Assembly (NCBI GenBank): GCA_051362555.1
Contig: CM120642.1
Coordinates: 29,574,001-29,638,000, forward strand
Reading direction: 5' to 3'
Source: Lingula anatina
Taxonomy: Eukaryota > Animalia > Brachiopoda
Length of the DNA stretch: 64,000 bases
Shown here: in pieces, positions 35,932 through 45,170 of the stretch
Layout: each line of letters begins with the position of its first letter
Numbering within the stretch: position 1 is the first letter of the stretch
Position numbers and translations under genes: made by a program
The notes under the pieces: generated by a model
Seen by the model: the letters and a program-made list of their open reading frames with translations, nothing else
Database searches by the model: none
Told to the model about the DNA's origin: nothing

Positions 35932-36663
35932 GGGATGATACTTTTCTAACTCTCTGCAGATGTCTGACTTTTTGGGAGCCAAAATATCATTAATCTACAC
36001 AGCCCCCCTCATCCCTAATCTTTTCCCAGCAAATGTCATGTTCTTTTATATGATGTTTTTATGAGTTGCACTAGTCATTGTCTTTAATGTTCAAGTCGTA
36101 CAAAAGTAAAGCACAGTAAGAGTATATATTAGAGGTATGCAAAATTTAAAAGTATGTAATTATCTGCTTTCCAGACTGTGGCTCCTGTGAGGAGCAAAGC
36201 TATGGACCTGGAAACCCATGCTAACAGCCAGCTTAATAATCTGCCTGCCTCATTCAGCAGAGTGGGGACAGCCAACACCAGTCTGGTGCAGCCAGCAGTA
36301 CAGGTGTGTCAAAACCTTTCGCCTCTTCTGCTCAACGTCCAGTCTCGCACCTCCACGTCCTATCAGAGAGCTCAGTTGGCCTCTCAACGAGCCAACACCA
36401 CCAGGACGAGGTTATCAAGCATACAGACCAGCCTGAACAACATTGCCAGTCTGAATTTACAGCAGATTGCGTCCCTGAAGGCGGAGATTAGCCAGCAGAG
36501 ATCTGAGCTGAATGCCGAGGAGCTGCGGCAGATGGTGGCTGTGCTGTTACAGGCTAGCAAGGAGCAGAGGGCATGGCTGGAGGAGGCCAAAGTCAAGAGA
36601 AATCAGATGAGGGCACAGATTGAAGAACTTAAGAAATTTAGTGAGATGATAAGGACAACATAA
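4144..36663 (+). CDS. Laminin beta/gamma-like chain, 26 coding exons, about 1897 aa: signal peptide, netrin-G-like LN, 5 LE, LF(L4b), LE array, L4a, LE array, coiled coil
   Basis: All exons listed below join with GT-AG sites and consistent phases, total 5694 nt. Motifs: LN ([25 protein letters not shown]), 8-Cys LE repeats, LF (IDALLLLP), L4a ([17 protein letters not shown]), CDECYSLV, then about 580 aa of heptad-rich coiled coil. Confidence 0.92.
6308..6942 (+). CDS. Laminin coding exon 2 (LN domain)
   Basis: TTTCAG|AGA; [14 protein letters not shown]...ADVSVTGR; AG|GTAAGC, phase 2. Confidence 0.93.
7418..7596 (+). CDS. Laminin coding exon 3 (LE1)
   Basis: [10 protein letters not shown]...PNQCQ; donor GTAAGT, phase 1. 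Confidence 0.92.
7715..7882 (+). mobile_element. Non-autonomous MITE, hAT5-like
   Basis: TIR CAGGGGCGGAT/ATCCGCCCCTG with 5-bp TSD CTTTC. A second copy lies in opposite orientation at 40623-40791. Confidence 0.8.
8893..9862. mobile_element. PIF/Harbinger (Tourist-like) non-autonomous DNA transposon
   Basis: About 34-bp TIRs GGCCACACTTTTTTA.TTTTATGGATGACATCCT, flanked on both sides by TAA (8890-8892, 9863-9865); no transposase ORF. Confidence 0.8.
10362..10529 (+). CDS. Laminin coding exon 4 (LE2)
   Basis: [10 protein letters not shown]...[19 protein letters not shown]; phase 1-1. Confidence 0.92.
10858..11037 (+). CDS. Laminin coding exon 5 (LE3)
   Basis: CNCEVLG...[17 protein letters not shown]; phase 1-1. 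Confidence 0.92.
11079..11140. repeat. (CA)n microsatellite
   Basis: Seen directly. Confidence 0.95.
11386..11537 (+). CDS. Laminin coding exon 6 (LE4)
   Basis: CGCNQDG...[17 protein letters not shown]; GAG|GTCAGT, phase 0. Confidence 0.9.
11744..13253 (-). mobile_element. 5'-truncated non-LTR retrotransposon (L2/CR1 group) with uninterrupted partial RT ORF 12029-13234
   Basis: RT motifs [29 protein letters not shown]. About 260 bp of 3' UTR, then AATAAA and a (TTATG)n tandem tail at 11744-11770. No endonuclease domain present. Confidence 0.9.
13254..13398 (+). repeat. 145-bp direct copy of 13887-14031 at the LINE 5' junction
   Basis: Identical by eye, TCTTTTCATTTTCTGCTGG...GTAACATTTCA. 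Confidence 0.92.
13523..13824 (+). CDS. Laminin coding exon 7 (truncated LE5 plus LF start)
   Basis: [11 protein letters not shown]...[20 protein letters not shown]; AT|GTATGT, phase 2. Confidence 0.88.
14118..14263 (+). CDS. Laminin coding exon 8 (LF)
   Basis: [11 protein letters not shown]...GETCP...VFTQ; phase 2-1. Confidence 0.85.
14592..14753 (+). CDS. Laminin coding exon 9 (LF)
   Basis: [14 protein letters not shown]...IDALLLLP; phase 1-1. Confidence 0.88.
15076..15213 (+). CDS. Laminin coding exon 10 (LF end)
   Basis: YRDCVQQ...[18 protein letters not shown], typical of the end of a beta-chain domain IV; phase 1-1. Confidence 0.88.
15459..17997 (+). mobile_element. Helentron-associated (HINE/DINE-like) element carrying 161-bp and 337-bp tandem arrays
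   Basis: 5' T-run plus TGTACAGACA/TGTCTGTACA inverted repeat and a GTCGCC microsatellite. 161-bp units start at 15544, 15705, 15866, 16027; 337-bp units at 16571, 16908, 17245, 17613. 3' TGTCTGTACA subterminal repeat, small hairpin CAGC-TTT-GCTG, then TT. Confidence 0.75.
18043..18189 (+). CDS. Laminin coding exon 11 (LE6)
   Basis: CDCDSTG...[23 protein letters not shown]; G|GTAAGG, phase 1. Confidence 0.92.
18537..18989 (+). repeat. 453-bp direct repeat, copy 1
   Basis: Matches 19821-20273. Confidence 0.93.
18987..19820 (-). repeat. 834-bp inverted copy of 14507-15340, containing antisense copies of coding exons 9 and 10
   Basis: The ORF track gives identical mirrored translations (123, 63 and 60 aa); both ends mapped by reverse complement. 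Confidence 0.95.
19821..20273 (+). repeat. 453-bp direct repeat, copy 2
   Basis: Matches 18537-18989. Confidence 0.93.
20389..21818 (+). CDS. Putative alternative terminal exon: Ser/Thr/Pro stalk, transmembrane helix, Cys cluster, long disordered cytoplasmic tail
   Basis: 1430-nt open frame in an intron. Acceptor GCTTTTAG|CA is phase 1 like the exon-11 donor. [23 protein letters not shown] at 20466-20528, stop at 21816-21818, AATAAA at 21903 and 22092. Confidence 0.72.
22430..22645 (-). mobile_element. Degenerate tRNA-derived SINE
   Basis: Minus strand reads TGGCCTTGTGGTTAGAG (A-box-like)...GTGAGTTTGACTC (B-box-like), followed by a CTTGGCACTCAGCA core. Confidence 0.5.
23764..23876 (+). CDS. 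Laminin coding exon 12 (LE7, first part)
   Basis: [23 protein letters not shown]; CAG|GTAAGG, phase 0. Confidence 0.9.
24278..24489 (+). CDS. Laminin coding exon 13 (LE7 end, LE8)
   Basis: [10 protein letters not shown]...CLCDQEGS...CDRCLTGYY; phase 0-2. Confidence 0.92.
24850..25270 (+). repeat. Diverged intronic tandem duplication, about 230-bp unit, 2 copies
   Basis: GTTGATTAAGCCTGGAACAAAGCTTGCATTCATTCAGA and GTGAAATTGCTCA each occur twice. Confidence 0.8.
25322..25552 (+). CDS. Laminin coding exon 14 (LE9 plus half-LE preceding L4a)
   Basis: PCNCNPDGS...[17 protein letters not shown]; phase 2-2. Confidence 0.92.
25802..25974 (+). CDS. Laminin coding exon 15 (L4a)
   Basis: [19 protein letters not shown]; phase 2-1. 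Confidence 0.9.
26383..26520 (+). CDS. Laminin coding exon 16 (L4a)
   Basis: VLLHEQYW...SPRQFY; phase 1-1. Confidence 0.9.
26800..26967 (+). CDS. Laminin coding exon 17 (L4a end)
   Basis: [14 protein letters not shown]...VSHVENCTC; phase 1-1. Confidence 0.9.
27312..27572 (+). CDS. Laminin coding exon 18 (LE)
   Basis: [13 protein letters not shown]...CQPCECNG...[10 protein letters not shown]; phase 1-1. Confidence 0.92.
28083..28226 (+). CDS. Laminin coding exon 19 (LE)
   Basis: CECSPVG...[18 protein letters not shown]; phase 1-1. Confidence 0.92.
28255..28315. repeat. (CA)n microsatellite
   Basis: Seen directly. Confidence 0.95.
28553..28731 (+). CDS. Laminin coding exon 20 (CxxCY junction, coiled-coil start)
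   Basis: VCDECYSLV...FTVRLNETL; TAT|GTAAGT, phase 0. Confidence 0.9.
29195..29414 (+). CDS. Laminin coding exon 21 (coiled coil)
   Basis: CTCTTCAAG|CTA; phase 0-1; exact acceptor slightly uncertain. Confidence 0.8.
29869..30050 (+). CDS. Laminin coding exon 22 (coiled coil)
   Basis: [10 protein letters not shown]...AQETLQ; phase 1-0. Confidence 0.87.
30166..33851 (+). mobile_element. Second copy of the HINE-like tandem-repeat element
   Basis: Same 5' end (TTTTTATGTACAGACACAGATGTGTCTGTACATATAGCC), (GTCGCC)n, two blocks of about 160-bp units, and the same 3' end TGTCTGTACA.TGACAGCTTTGCTGCCTTGTT. Confidence 0.75.
33450..33670. repeat. Dispersed MITE-like repeat family, also at about 46472-46800 and 55902-56131
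   Basis: Shared GATCGATCTATCTCCA.GGG..TT..CTAAATTG and CTTAG.TGTCTGTCACGCC.ACTGAA motifs in both orientations. Confidence 0.65.
34348..34611 (+). CDS. Laminin coding exon 23 (coiled coil)
   Basis: CTTCCAG|TTG ... GAG|GTGAGG, phase 0-0. Confidence 0.88.
34991..35228 (+). CDS. Laminin coding exon 24 (coiled coil)
   Basis: ANQATANNQ...[18 protein letters not shown], a gamma-like motif; phase 0-1. Confidence 0.88.
35670..35848 (+). CDS. Laminin coding exon 25 (coiled coil)
   Basis: [10 protein letters not shown]...AQSQEQ; phase 1-0. Confidence 0.85.
35850..35929. repeat. (CT)n microsatellite directly after a splice donor
   Basis: Seen directly. Confidence 0.9.
36175..36663 (+). CDS. Laminin coding exon 26 (coiled-coil end, stop)
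   Basis: TTTCCAG|ACT; ends [13 protein letters not shown]; AATAAA at 36753 and 37008. Confidence 0.9.
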   Translation, partial: TVAPVRSKAMDLETHANSQLNNLPASFSRVGTANTSLVQPAVQVCQNLSPLLLNVQSRTSTSYQRAQLASQRANTTRTRLSSIQTSLNNIASLNLQQIASLKAEISQQRSELNAEELRQMVAVLLQASKEQRAWLEEAKVKRNQMRAQIEELKKFSEMIRTT

Positions 36664-38930
36664 GATATATTCATCTTTAGAGTAACGAGGAAGTGTGTGC
36701 TGAACGAAGGAGTAGATTTTATGCTCCCTGAATTAATTAAAATGATAGTTTAAATAAAGAAAAGGCAGAATGAATGATTTATTGGGAATTTTAAAATTTC
36801 AAGGAAAATCCTTTTTTTTTTTGAGAATATTCCCCTTTCCTAAAGTAAAAAAAGCTTTGAAAAAAAAACTTTGAATCTAAGAGAAGTTGACTAAAAATAC
36901 AAACATCAAATATTGTTAAAAAATTTCACATACTTACACATTGTTGTTTTTCACCAAAATGAGTGACAATCAAAAGAAATGTAAAATATTTTGATATTTA
37001 TATTGTAAATAAAACATTTGCAACAGGAATTTATGAAAGTGAGATAATATTTCGCTATTGGATATTATGTATTTTTTGTATAGGTTTGGGGTTTGATACA
37101 CTCACTATTTATGTGTTATCGTTCTGAATTCATATAATAGGGACTGCCTGTTTATCTTATTTCCCTTTTTGTATATTGAATTGTTTTGTCTTGTTTTATT
37201 TTACCACATTAAGCTTGTTGTTAAAATATATATATGGCCTTTTCTGTTACAATGTTTAAAACCCTTTCTTTTTTAAGGGGGCTTTTCTTTGATATTTAAC
37301 TTATCAGTTCTCTTATAATGCTTTGTTTCTAGAACAGGGTACATACTTTTTTCAATTCTGAAATTTTATGTTGTGAAATTTTTAACCTTTTTTCATAAAT
37401 CTCAATTTATGACTGTGAGTTTTACATTTTTTTTTTGCTATATTTCTTCTGAGGGTTGGCTTTGGATGTGATATAGGTTGAGTGGTTGTTATAAGTTGAG
37501 TATAGATAGATGAAAGGTTCAGTGCTGGTTTTGTTCTTATAACTGTTGAAGTATGAATGTAAGCTGTTGAAAGTGATTATTCTTCCCAATACTTATAATT
37601 TATTTATAGAAATATTGAATCATCTTGCTTGATGACTGTCTTTACTGAATTTGTATTTCTTATTAGTCAGCTTAAGAACTACTTTTACATTAAGTTATCC
37701 ATGAGTAGTTATAATATTCCAAAGTCTGTTTAAAATTTACAGTAACAGGTTGAGGATAAAGATCTTAATTGTGAAAAGAAATACTTTGCTCAGTTATGTG
37801 TATATAAATCCAATTTATGTTGATGGCATTCCATAAAAAATAGTACAAGATATATATATATATATTCAGGAAGGGTTAACAAGATTGATAAACCACTGGT
37901 TTTATTTATTAATAAACCTAAATGTACTAGTCAAAATGAATATGATGCTAATTAGACTTGTTAATATATGTTTCAAAGAGCAGAAATATGTTGTAGGGAT
38001 CAAAATATGAAAATGAAGTTGTAGTATTTTTAGCAGGTTTTAGAAGTGTTCACAGATTAAATACATTGTACCTGTTTACAATAACCTGTTACAGGGAATT
38101 AACAGCTTTTAAATGGATGGTATTATGCCCAGGTTGTGATGCTGTGCATTGTCTTTACCATGCATCATTGTCTATCCGTTTATTTATTCCTATTCATATT
38201 ATTTTATATTTTTTAATGCTAAAAAAACTTTATACTGATATTTCCTTATTTTTTGGACAGCCTCTTCTTTTGTTTTTTATCTTTCCAAGTGCCTTTTTAA
38301 AGCACAGCAGGCTGGGTCTGTTCTTAATATTCACTTTTGCTACTGTCCTGACCATTATAGTTACTGGGTGCTTGCACTGTTATGTAAATGCAGGGGAAAA
38401 ACTGCTGTGGGAAAAGTAAATATTATATTTGTGAAAAGATAAGTAAGATGTTTCATTATAAATGTATGCATAGCAAACTGCAAATGGCACTTACACCAGA
38501 TAGTAAATAAAAAAGTCTTGTGAAATTTCATAAAAAAAGATAGAGGAAAGTAGATTAGATAACACAAGTTATGCCTCTGGAAGATAAGTTTGTGCACATA
38601 TTATATATACGTGGGACCCTGTAACGTAAAAATTTGCAACAAATTCCCTGTCATTTGGTGATCATGAAAATTCCCCCTCCAGTCTAATGACTCATACCTC
38701 TTGACTTGCTGTGTTCAATATCCGTCCTTTCATTTCAGGTTTTATACTGTGTTTTTATTACTAAGTTTACTTGGGTTATTAAGGGTAAAGTTATGGTGTC
38801 TTACTATTACTCAACACTAACCAATGTTACGTACTGAATTAAATGAATTTGGTCTGCCATTTTGAAATTCATTATTTTTTTATTCAAATAATTGATGGGG
38901 ACAATTGATAGATGTAATAGAATTTGTGCT

Positions 38931-39730
38931 CTAAAACTTACCAACAATAGATAATCAAAGTACTGTGAAGGAGTAACACGCTAAGAGTGAATGAATACAA
39001 TCAGAAATGGATAAACCTTTAAAATGCTGTAAAATACAGCTGAGTTTTAAAATGAGTTTATTTGCTCACATATACAATAACTGCACAGTCCACTAGTTGC
39101 AGAAGGTTATGCAAAGCTGAGATGTTGAAATGCTGTGAAAGTGACTTACAAGAAATTAAGAACAAAAAAAAAAAAAAAATAATAATAAAAATAAAATGGA
39201 TAATTAAGAACGTTAACAAATGAATGATGATAATAAAAGTAATTAATATAAAAAAGGGTAAAATAAACTGAATTTTATTAAAATATAATAACAATCTACC
39301 TTAGACATAACAAGAATAATTTGTCAATTCCTGGAGATTCGTGGCCTGTGTGAAATAGGGGCTTTACACAAACATAACGTACTCGCACAATTCTACCTGC
39401 ATAACAGTTGCCTGGCTAGTGCAAACACTGAAATAATGAGACAAACAGGAAACTAACAATATCCATAAATTTGATAGTGTTTCAATAATATCCATATGTT
39501 GTCCTATTTAATCTTTTTAAAATGTCCAAAAATATACATTTATCGTTTATAATGAATAATATCATTTGGCATGTCCATCTACTTAGAATGCCATCCGATA
39601 TTTATAACATTATTTTTTCTTGGCCACACGTTACAACGATGAAAGTGCAATTGTAATTGAGCGGTCGCTGTAGCTTTTCTGAGCTCAGCAAAACAAGCCG
39701 ATATAATTCAATTATTGCTTTATTATACAA
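38931..39730 (+). repeat. Interspersed repeat of about 0.8 kb, diverged inverted copy at 61954-62707
   Basis: e.g. GAGCGGTCGCTGTAGCTTTTCTGAGC.CAGCAAAAC and AGAGTGAATGAATACAAT match in reverse complement. Confidence 0.85.
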
Positions 39731-40041
39731 TAACAATAGCTTGATCTAAAGAAATGTCTTCAAGAAATAATGCAGGAGCATTTGCACCCCACCCTTAATA
39801 ATTACATTTTTCTTTTCAGTTAATTTTCATCTTGTTATAATAATTTATTATAGCCTTATCGCATAATTATCTTTGCTTTCCCCGTGACGAATATCCCGGT
39901 GACTCCCTTCGCCACAAACAGTTTTCTTGTAATTATTAAACAGAGCAAGAAAGGTCTCTCTATTTCTGTAGAATTATAAATACAAGGTTATCGCAACGCT
40001 ATAACCGATTTTATAATACAGATATACTTTCGGGAATCATC

Positions 40042-40240
40042 GGGGTATTCCGTATATACTCGATTACAACATTATCAGTACACGACTTCTGACCTACAAT
40101 AAAGACGCAGAACCAATCAGTAGCAAGTTTCCATAATTCGTAACCAAGGGCCAGTCTCACTCTTGCTGCTGGTAAGAACGGACATCAAAATTCTTTGGTG
40201 AATTTTCATCTCAGCTTAACAAAAGAATCATCAGGTAAGC
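40042..40240 (+). promoter_or_regulatory. Possible promoter and 5' UTR exon (ending 40234) of the protease gene
   Basis: kB-like GGGGTATTCC at 40042-40051, CCAAT at 40113-40117, consensus donor CAG|GTAAGC. The first coding exon of the protease gene has an acceptor 17 nt before its ATG, so an upstream exon is expected. Confidence 0.4.
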
Positions 40241-40618
40241 ACTCCAAATCTTACACTTGTTGCAATTCTTACATACGCTGTCTCTTCTTCTTGCTTGCTC
40301 TCTTTTCATTTCCTTTCTTTCTTTTCCATTCCACCACCCACCCTTCAGCTTTTAATCGGTGGTGATATAGCTTTTCTGAGCCCAGCAAAACAAGCCGATA
40401 TCATTCCTTTATTATACAATAACAATAGTTTGATCTAAAGAAATGTCTTTAAGAGATAATGTAGGTGCATTTGCACCCCACCCTTAATAATAACATTTTT
40501 CTTTTCAGTTAATTTTCATTTTGTTAATATAATTTATTAGCCTAAACGCATAATTATATTTACTTTCCGCATGACGAATATCCCGGTAACCCCCTTCGCC
40601 ACAAACAGTTTTCATGTA

Positions 40619-41034
40619 CACACAGGGGCGGACCCAGAGTTATTTTCTGACAGTCTTCCAATTAATCTTTGTTGATCCATCCTCAATTTTTGACCGTCTT
40701 CCGACAGAAAAAATTAGATACCCGTCAATGTAAACTTGACAAATCTGACCATCTTCCGGAAGACCCAGAAGACGCCCTAAATCCGCCCCTGACACACACT
40801 GGACAATAGAAGTGTCACCCCCTCAATCAGAGTAATCAAAGTTATAAACCTGAAGAGGTGGAAAATAAGCAATGTCAGAATATTGAAACAGTTGAATTGT
40901 TCAGTCAGAACCGTTTTTTTCTTTGTGGAATTTGATGTTAATAAAATAATACCAGGAGCATATCATTCCACAGTCATTTATCTCCCCCAAAGTATTGGTT
41001 CAGTAGGGGTGACACTTCTATTGTCCAGTGTGTG
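40619..41034. mobile_element. Tc1/mariner-type MITE
   Basis: TIR CACACACTGGACAATAGAAGTGTCACCCC, TA on both sides; the empty site is visible in the duplicate copy near 39930. Confidence 0.8.
40623..40791 (-). mobile_element. hAT5-like MITE nested in the left TIR of the Tc1/mariner MITE
   Basis: CAGGGGCGGA/TCCGCCCCTG ends, 5-bp TSD ACACA; homologous to 7715-7882. Confidence 0.8.
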
Positions 41035-44000
41035 TAATTATTAAACAGAGCAAAAGATGTCTCTCTATTTCTGTAGAATTATAAATGGTGTTATCATGAC
41101 CTCATAAAGAGAAGACTACGTTGAAAAGTGTGATAAAATGCCTGTTCCTGTCTTGTGTCACGGACAAAGTCCTCTTCGGGGCATTGATTTTGGGCAGTGC
41201 AGAGAGTAAAAATGTAAACACGTAGATCTTTCATGCAATGGGAAAATATTTTTAACATTTTAAAGTGGTGGCTGTTATTTGCCTATAAATATCATAATTA
41301 GTTATTTCAAATAACCTTTTGTGAAAATCCTAGAGAAACGAGTATTTTCAAAGAAAAAAATCTGTTAAAAGGATAATAAAGCTTCGTATGAGATCTATAT
41401 TGCACAATAAAACATTGTGAACAACTAATAGAAATATAATATATCCTGTTTTACCATAAAAGCTGCAGTTATTAATCTCATATCTGAGCTGGTCTTTAGA
41501 CCACGACTTCCATTGATGGCTGTGCTCAGTTATAATCTCTTCAGAGATTTTAACAAAAAGCAAACTTTTGAGAAAAAAAACAGGGACTAACTTTGAATGT
41601 AAAAATGGATTCATTAAGCATTGGTAAGTATGGAAAAATTGTCGTTTACTCTAGGAAATTCATTTTTTGGCCAAAACGAAGAGTTATTATCCCTTTAAGC
41701 TATGAGTCGTACCAAGTTCTTTTAACAGACTTGGTCAAAATTCTCAGTATTCATAATATAAGTAAATATATATTTTGGAAGGGCTGACATAACCTCAGTA
41801 ACGAACAATACAGAGATGGCCGGGTGTTTACACCAATAGATGTTTTTGAAGCAGAATTAGGTGCCGGAATCTGACAACTGTTTTGTTCTCAACAATATAC
41901 AGCAAAAATTGAAAGTCCCTCGGCAGTAGCGTACCTCTAATATCCATCGCATATCCTTTGCCATCCGTCTCCTTTCTAGTTAATAGAAGGGGAGAATCAC
42001 AAACAATGGGGGCGTAAATGGAAGCAACACTTCGACAATTATATAAGTTGGCACTGACGTTGATTACTCACATAAGATTTGACTGGGAATACGTTTAGAA
42101 TTGTACATGCTATTTACATTTTTTACGAGTGATAAATATTGGAAGGGTTATGAACTCTAAATGCCACAAGGTATAATTACTTTCAGGTCCGTTAACTTCA
42201 TATTCCTTGACAATATGCCATTCTTTGAACATTTTGGCTGGAACTCTTTTTTTCCTGTAGATGCGGCAGTCAAATTGGCGACTACTCTTTTGACCGTTAT
42301 TATCGTAGAGAAGCTAGAAGAGTGCGAGTGAGTGCTGGTACTAAACCAAGCCAAGGCACTCAAAAACGCCAAAGTCGTACCTACAGTAGCCTTATTACCG
42401 ATATTATAGGCCTTCCTATTGGTTATTTATATGAATTGTTCCGAAAGGACAGAGTTATGATTTTTACCGACGGCTTACTAATACTTGGCACAGTAAGTGT
42501 GATTTACGGCCTTCAATGTATATCAATTTATCCTTTTTTTAGCAAAATCTACCAATAGCAATTACACTTGCGAAAATGGCAATGGTTTGAAACGATATCG
42601 AGAGGCACCTACCAACTACATGCTTTTGTAACTTTAAAATATCAGACATAATAAGAGGTTACCCTCTACCAGGAACAAAGATTGCAATTTCACTAGATAT
42701 TCACAGATAATGTATCTGGCTAAATATATTCAGTCTTCTTACTGTGACCCTGTGCTGAAATCTCTAGGTTGATAACATGACTGGTAATTGTTTGCATATA
42801 ACTCAGGAATTGCTACGTAACCACGTATTGCTAAGTCTCCCCAACAGCAATCAATACATTAATTTCGCTAAATTTAATAAATTGCTCTTTGTGACGCGTG
42901 CAGAAATTATTGCTTAGTTTAGTCAACTCTTATCACCTGAAGCAGATCAGAGAAAGGAGTTTGCTGCAGTATCAGAATACACTGTGTAGATGAAATGTGC
43001 TTACTCGCGTGTTTTTGGACTGATAACTGTGATATCGATTTCAGACATAGCTCTCTCGCCTGAACAGCTAACAGTGCCGTTGTAGGGTCATCTCCTGGTA
43101 TTTGGTCCGGAGACCTTTTAAAACAATTACAAAAAGATTCCTACTTGCAAAACTTGTAATTCCTGAATCCAGACACCACCGGACACCAGTTTCCAAAAGA
43201 AATCTCAGGTTTTGATGATCAATTAAGGTTTTATCAACATTTTTATTTGAAAAAAAAAATGTAAAATTGTGTTTGGAAGGACATTAGTTTTGATATAATA
43301 TTCAAAATATTGATTTATTTCCTTTATAATATTCTTTATAGTAAAGGTTAGAGAGATTTAATATAAGTTATTTCTTACATATACCTTAGTACATTAGTTT
43401 TAGATATATTTAATTAGAAAATAATGGATCCATTTATATCAATATCTCCTTCCTAGAAGATTTGGTACCTCTTTTTAAAAGTTTCTTTGTAACAGAAAAG
43501 TTGAAATCTTTTACTTCACTTTCTTCCCAAACATGATATGGGCCTATGAAAGGAATTCTGTTAGAAATATAACATTGAGAAATTAAATCAATATTTATAC
43601 TATTCATTTCGGAATGACACCCAGCAATTTGAAAGGACATACGAGACATTTTGATTGGACATTAAGAGGTGAATAATTATGACACCTGAACCCTGATGTC
43701 TTTCGAGAGAATTTAGAACTTGAAATGCAGAGGTATCACATGTATATACAGAATCTTAAAAAGCATTTTATTTCAAAACCATGTTGAAATTATTGTAATC
43801 TAGACAATTTATTATATTTTAATAAATGAATTTGGTAAGAGTTACTCTTAAAATGTCCCAATAATAGCCTATTTTAAGATGATAAGAGCAGATAAGACCT
43901 CATATCACAGAAAAAAAAGTTAAAAAGTTAAATGTTCGGTGATGAAATATATATGATCATAGAAGGACTCGTGGACTTAAGATACTATTCATCAAACTTA

Positions 44001-44899
44001 TCTCAGTAAATATATCATAAAATATTATTATATAGCTTTATTTTACATTTTATTTAGCAATGGATAAAATGCCTATCTGAGTTTTACTTATGCAAAATTT
44101 TCAAATTTAAAAACGATACGTATATTTAGAAAGCGAAATAATCAAATATATGTATATATAAACGGAATGGCACTGTACGGTTTTTAATCACAACAATGAG
44201 TACTACATGTAGATTATAGAGTCTGGTACCACGAGATCCCCGCCTCCCCCCATAAAAAAGACCAATCTAAAGGGGATATGTAGGTCTCCCGTCGTACGAA
44301 CCACCCTTGACCTGCACATTCTCCAGACATTTCCTCTTTGGATTCTTTTCTGTGGAGATACCTAAAAGACGGTGTCTATGCTAACAATTTCCAAACTATT
44401 GATACTCTCAAGAATATATTCGAAAACAAATCAGGAGAATTTCCCTGACATGATGAACATTGCCATTATAAACTCAAGTGTGTGAATAGCAACAGCAGCT
44501 TGAATCGATCACATTATAATCTATTGAGCTGATTATAATGTGATCGAGGAAAAAACTTACACCACATAAAATTAGCATGTCTGTAAGACAGATCTATAAA
44601 AAATTGTTAAGAATATTTTTACCCTTTATTATAATCCAAATACCAAAATTATTTTTTTCTTGCATCTAATTATTCAGTGATGCATCTATGTCTTGACTGA
44701 AAACAATGAAAAATATAAAATAGCGGTGTTTATATTTTTTCGTTGCAATGTATGAGCATAGGCAACTCTAAGCTCTAATCGTCTTTTTAACGCCTTTCTA
44801 TTATGATGTGAGATAGCAATCGGTTTTGGGCGTAACTTCATCCCCGAACAAGATTTAATCACGAAAATTGGCATACTGGAGCGCAAGAATATGAGCTAC

Positions 44900-45170
44900 A
44901 ATCCCGTGCCAGCATTTTGGTTTATATGCCTTTGTCTTAGAGTTATGAGCCTGTATTTACAGATTTTTAATAAACATTGTTATTATTTTGCTTTATCAAC
45001 GATAAAATTTTACCTAAGACTTAAGAAGACCTAAGAAAAACCGCTGGCAGGGTTTTTGAGTACTAAATGGTGTCATTAAATCGGCGTTGAAGTAGTGATC
45101 ATGGGTGCTCAGGTAAAAGAAACATTTGAGAAACGATTTTCAGTTTTTACACCAAAATCGCAATTATGAA
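44900..45170. repeat. Interspersed repeat, inverted homologue at about 50395-50660
   Basis: CGCTGGCAGG...GTACTAA.TGGTGTCATTAAATCGGCGTT matches in reverse complement. Confidence 0.75.

Larger units (their letters stand above)
39672..41086 (+). repeat. Local direct duplication (39672-39978 vs 40368-41086); the second copy is interrupted by nested MITEs
   Basis: Shared AGCTTTTCTGAGC.CAGCAAAACAAGCCGATAT...GCACCCCACCCTTAATAAT...TATTTCTGTAGAATTATAAAT. Confidence 0.85.

Noticed and set aside
37290-37312. CTTATCAGTT resemblance to U2 snRNA
   Set aside because: Only about 10 nt match; flanks do not fit
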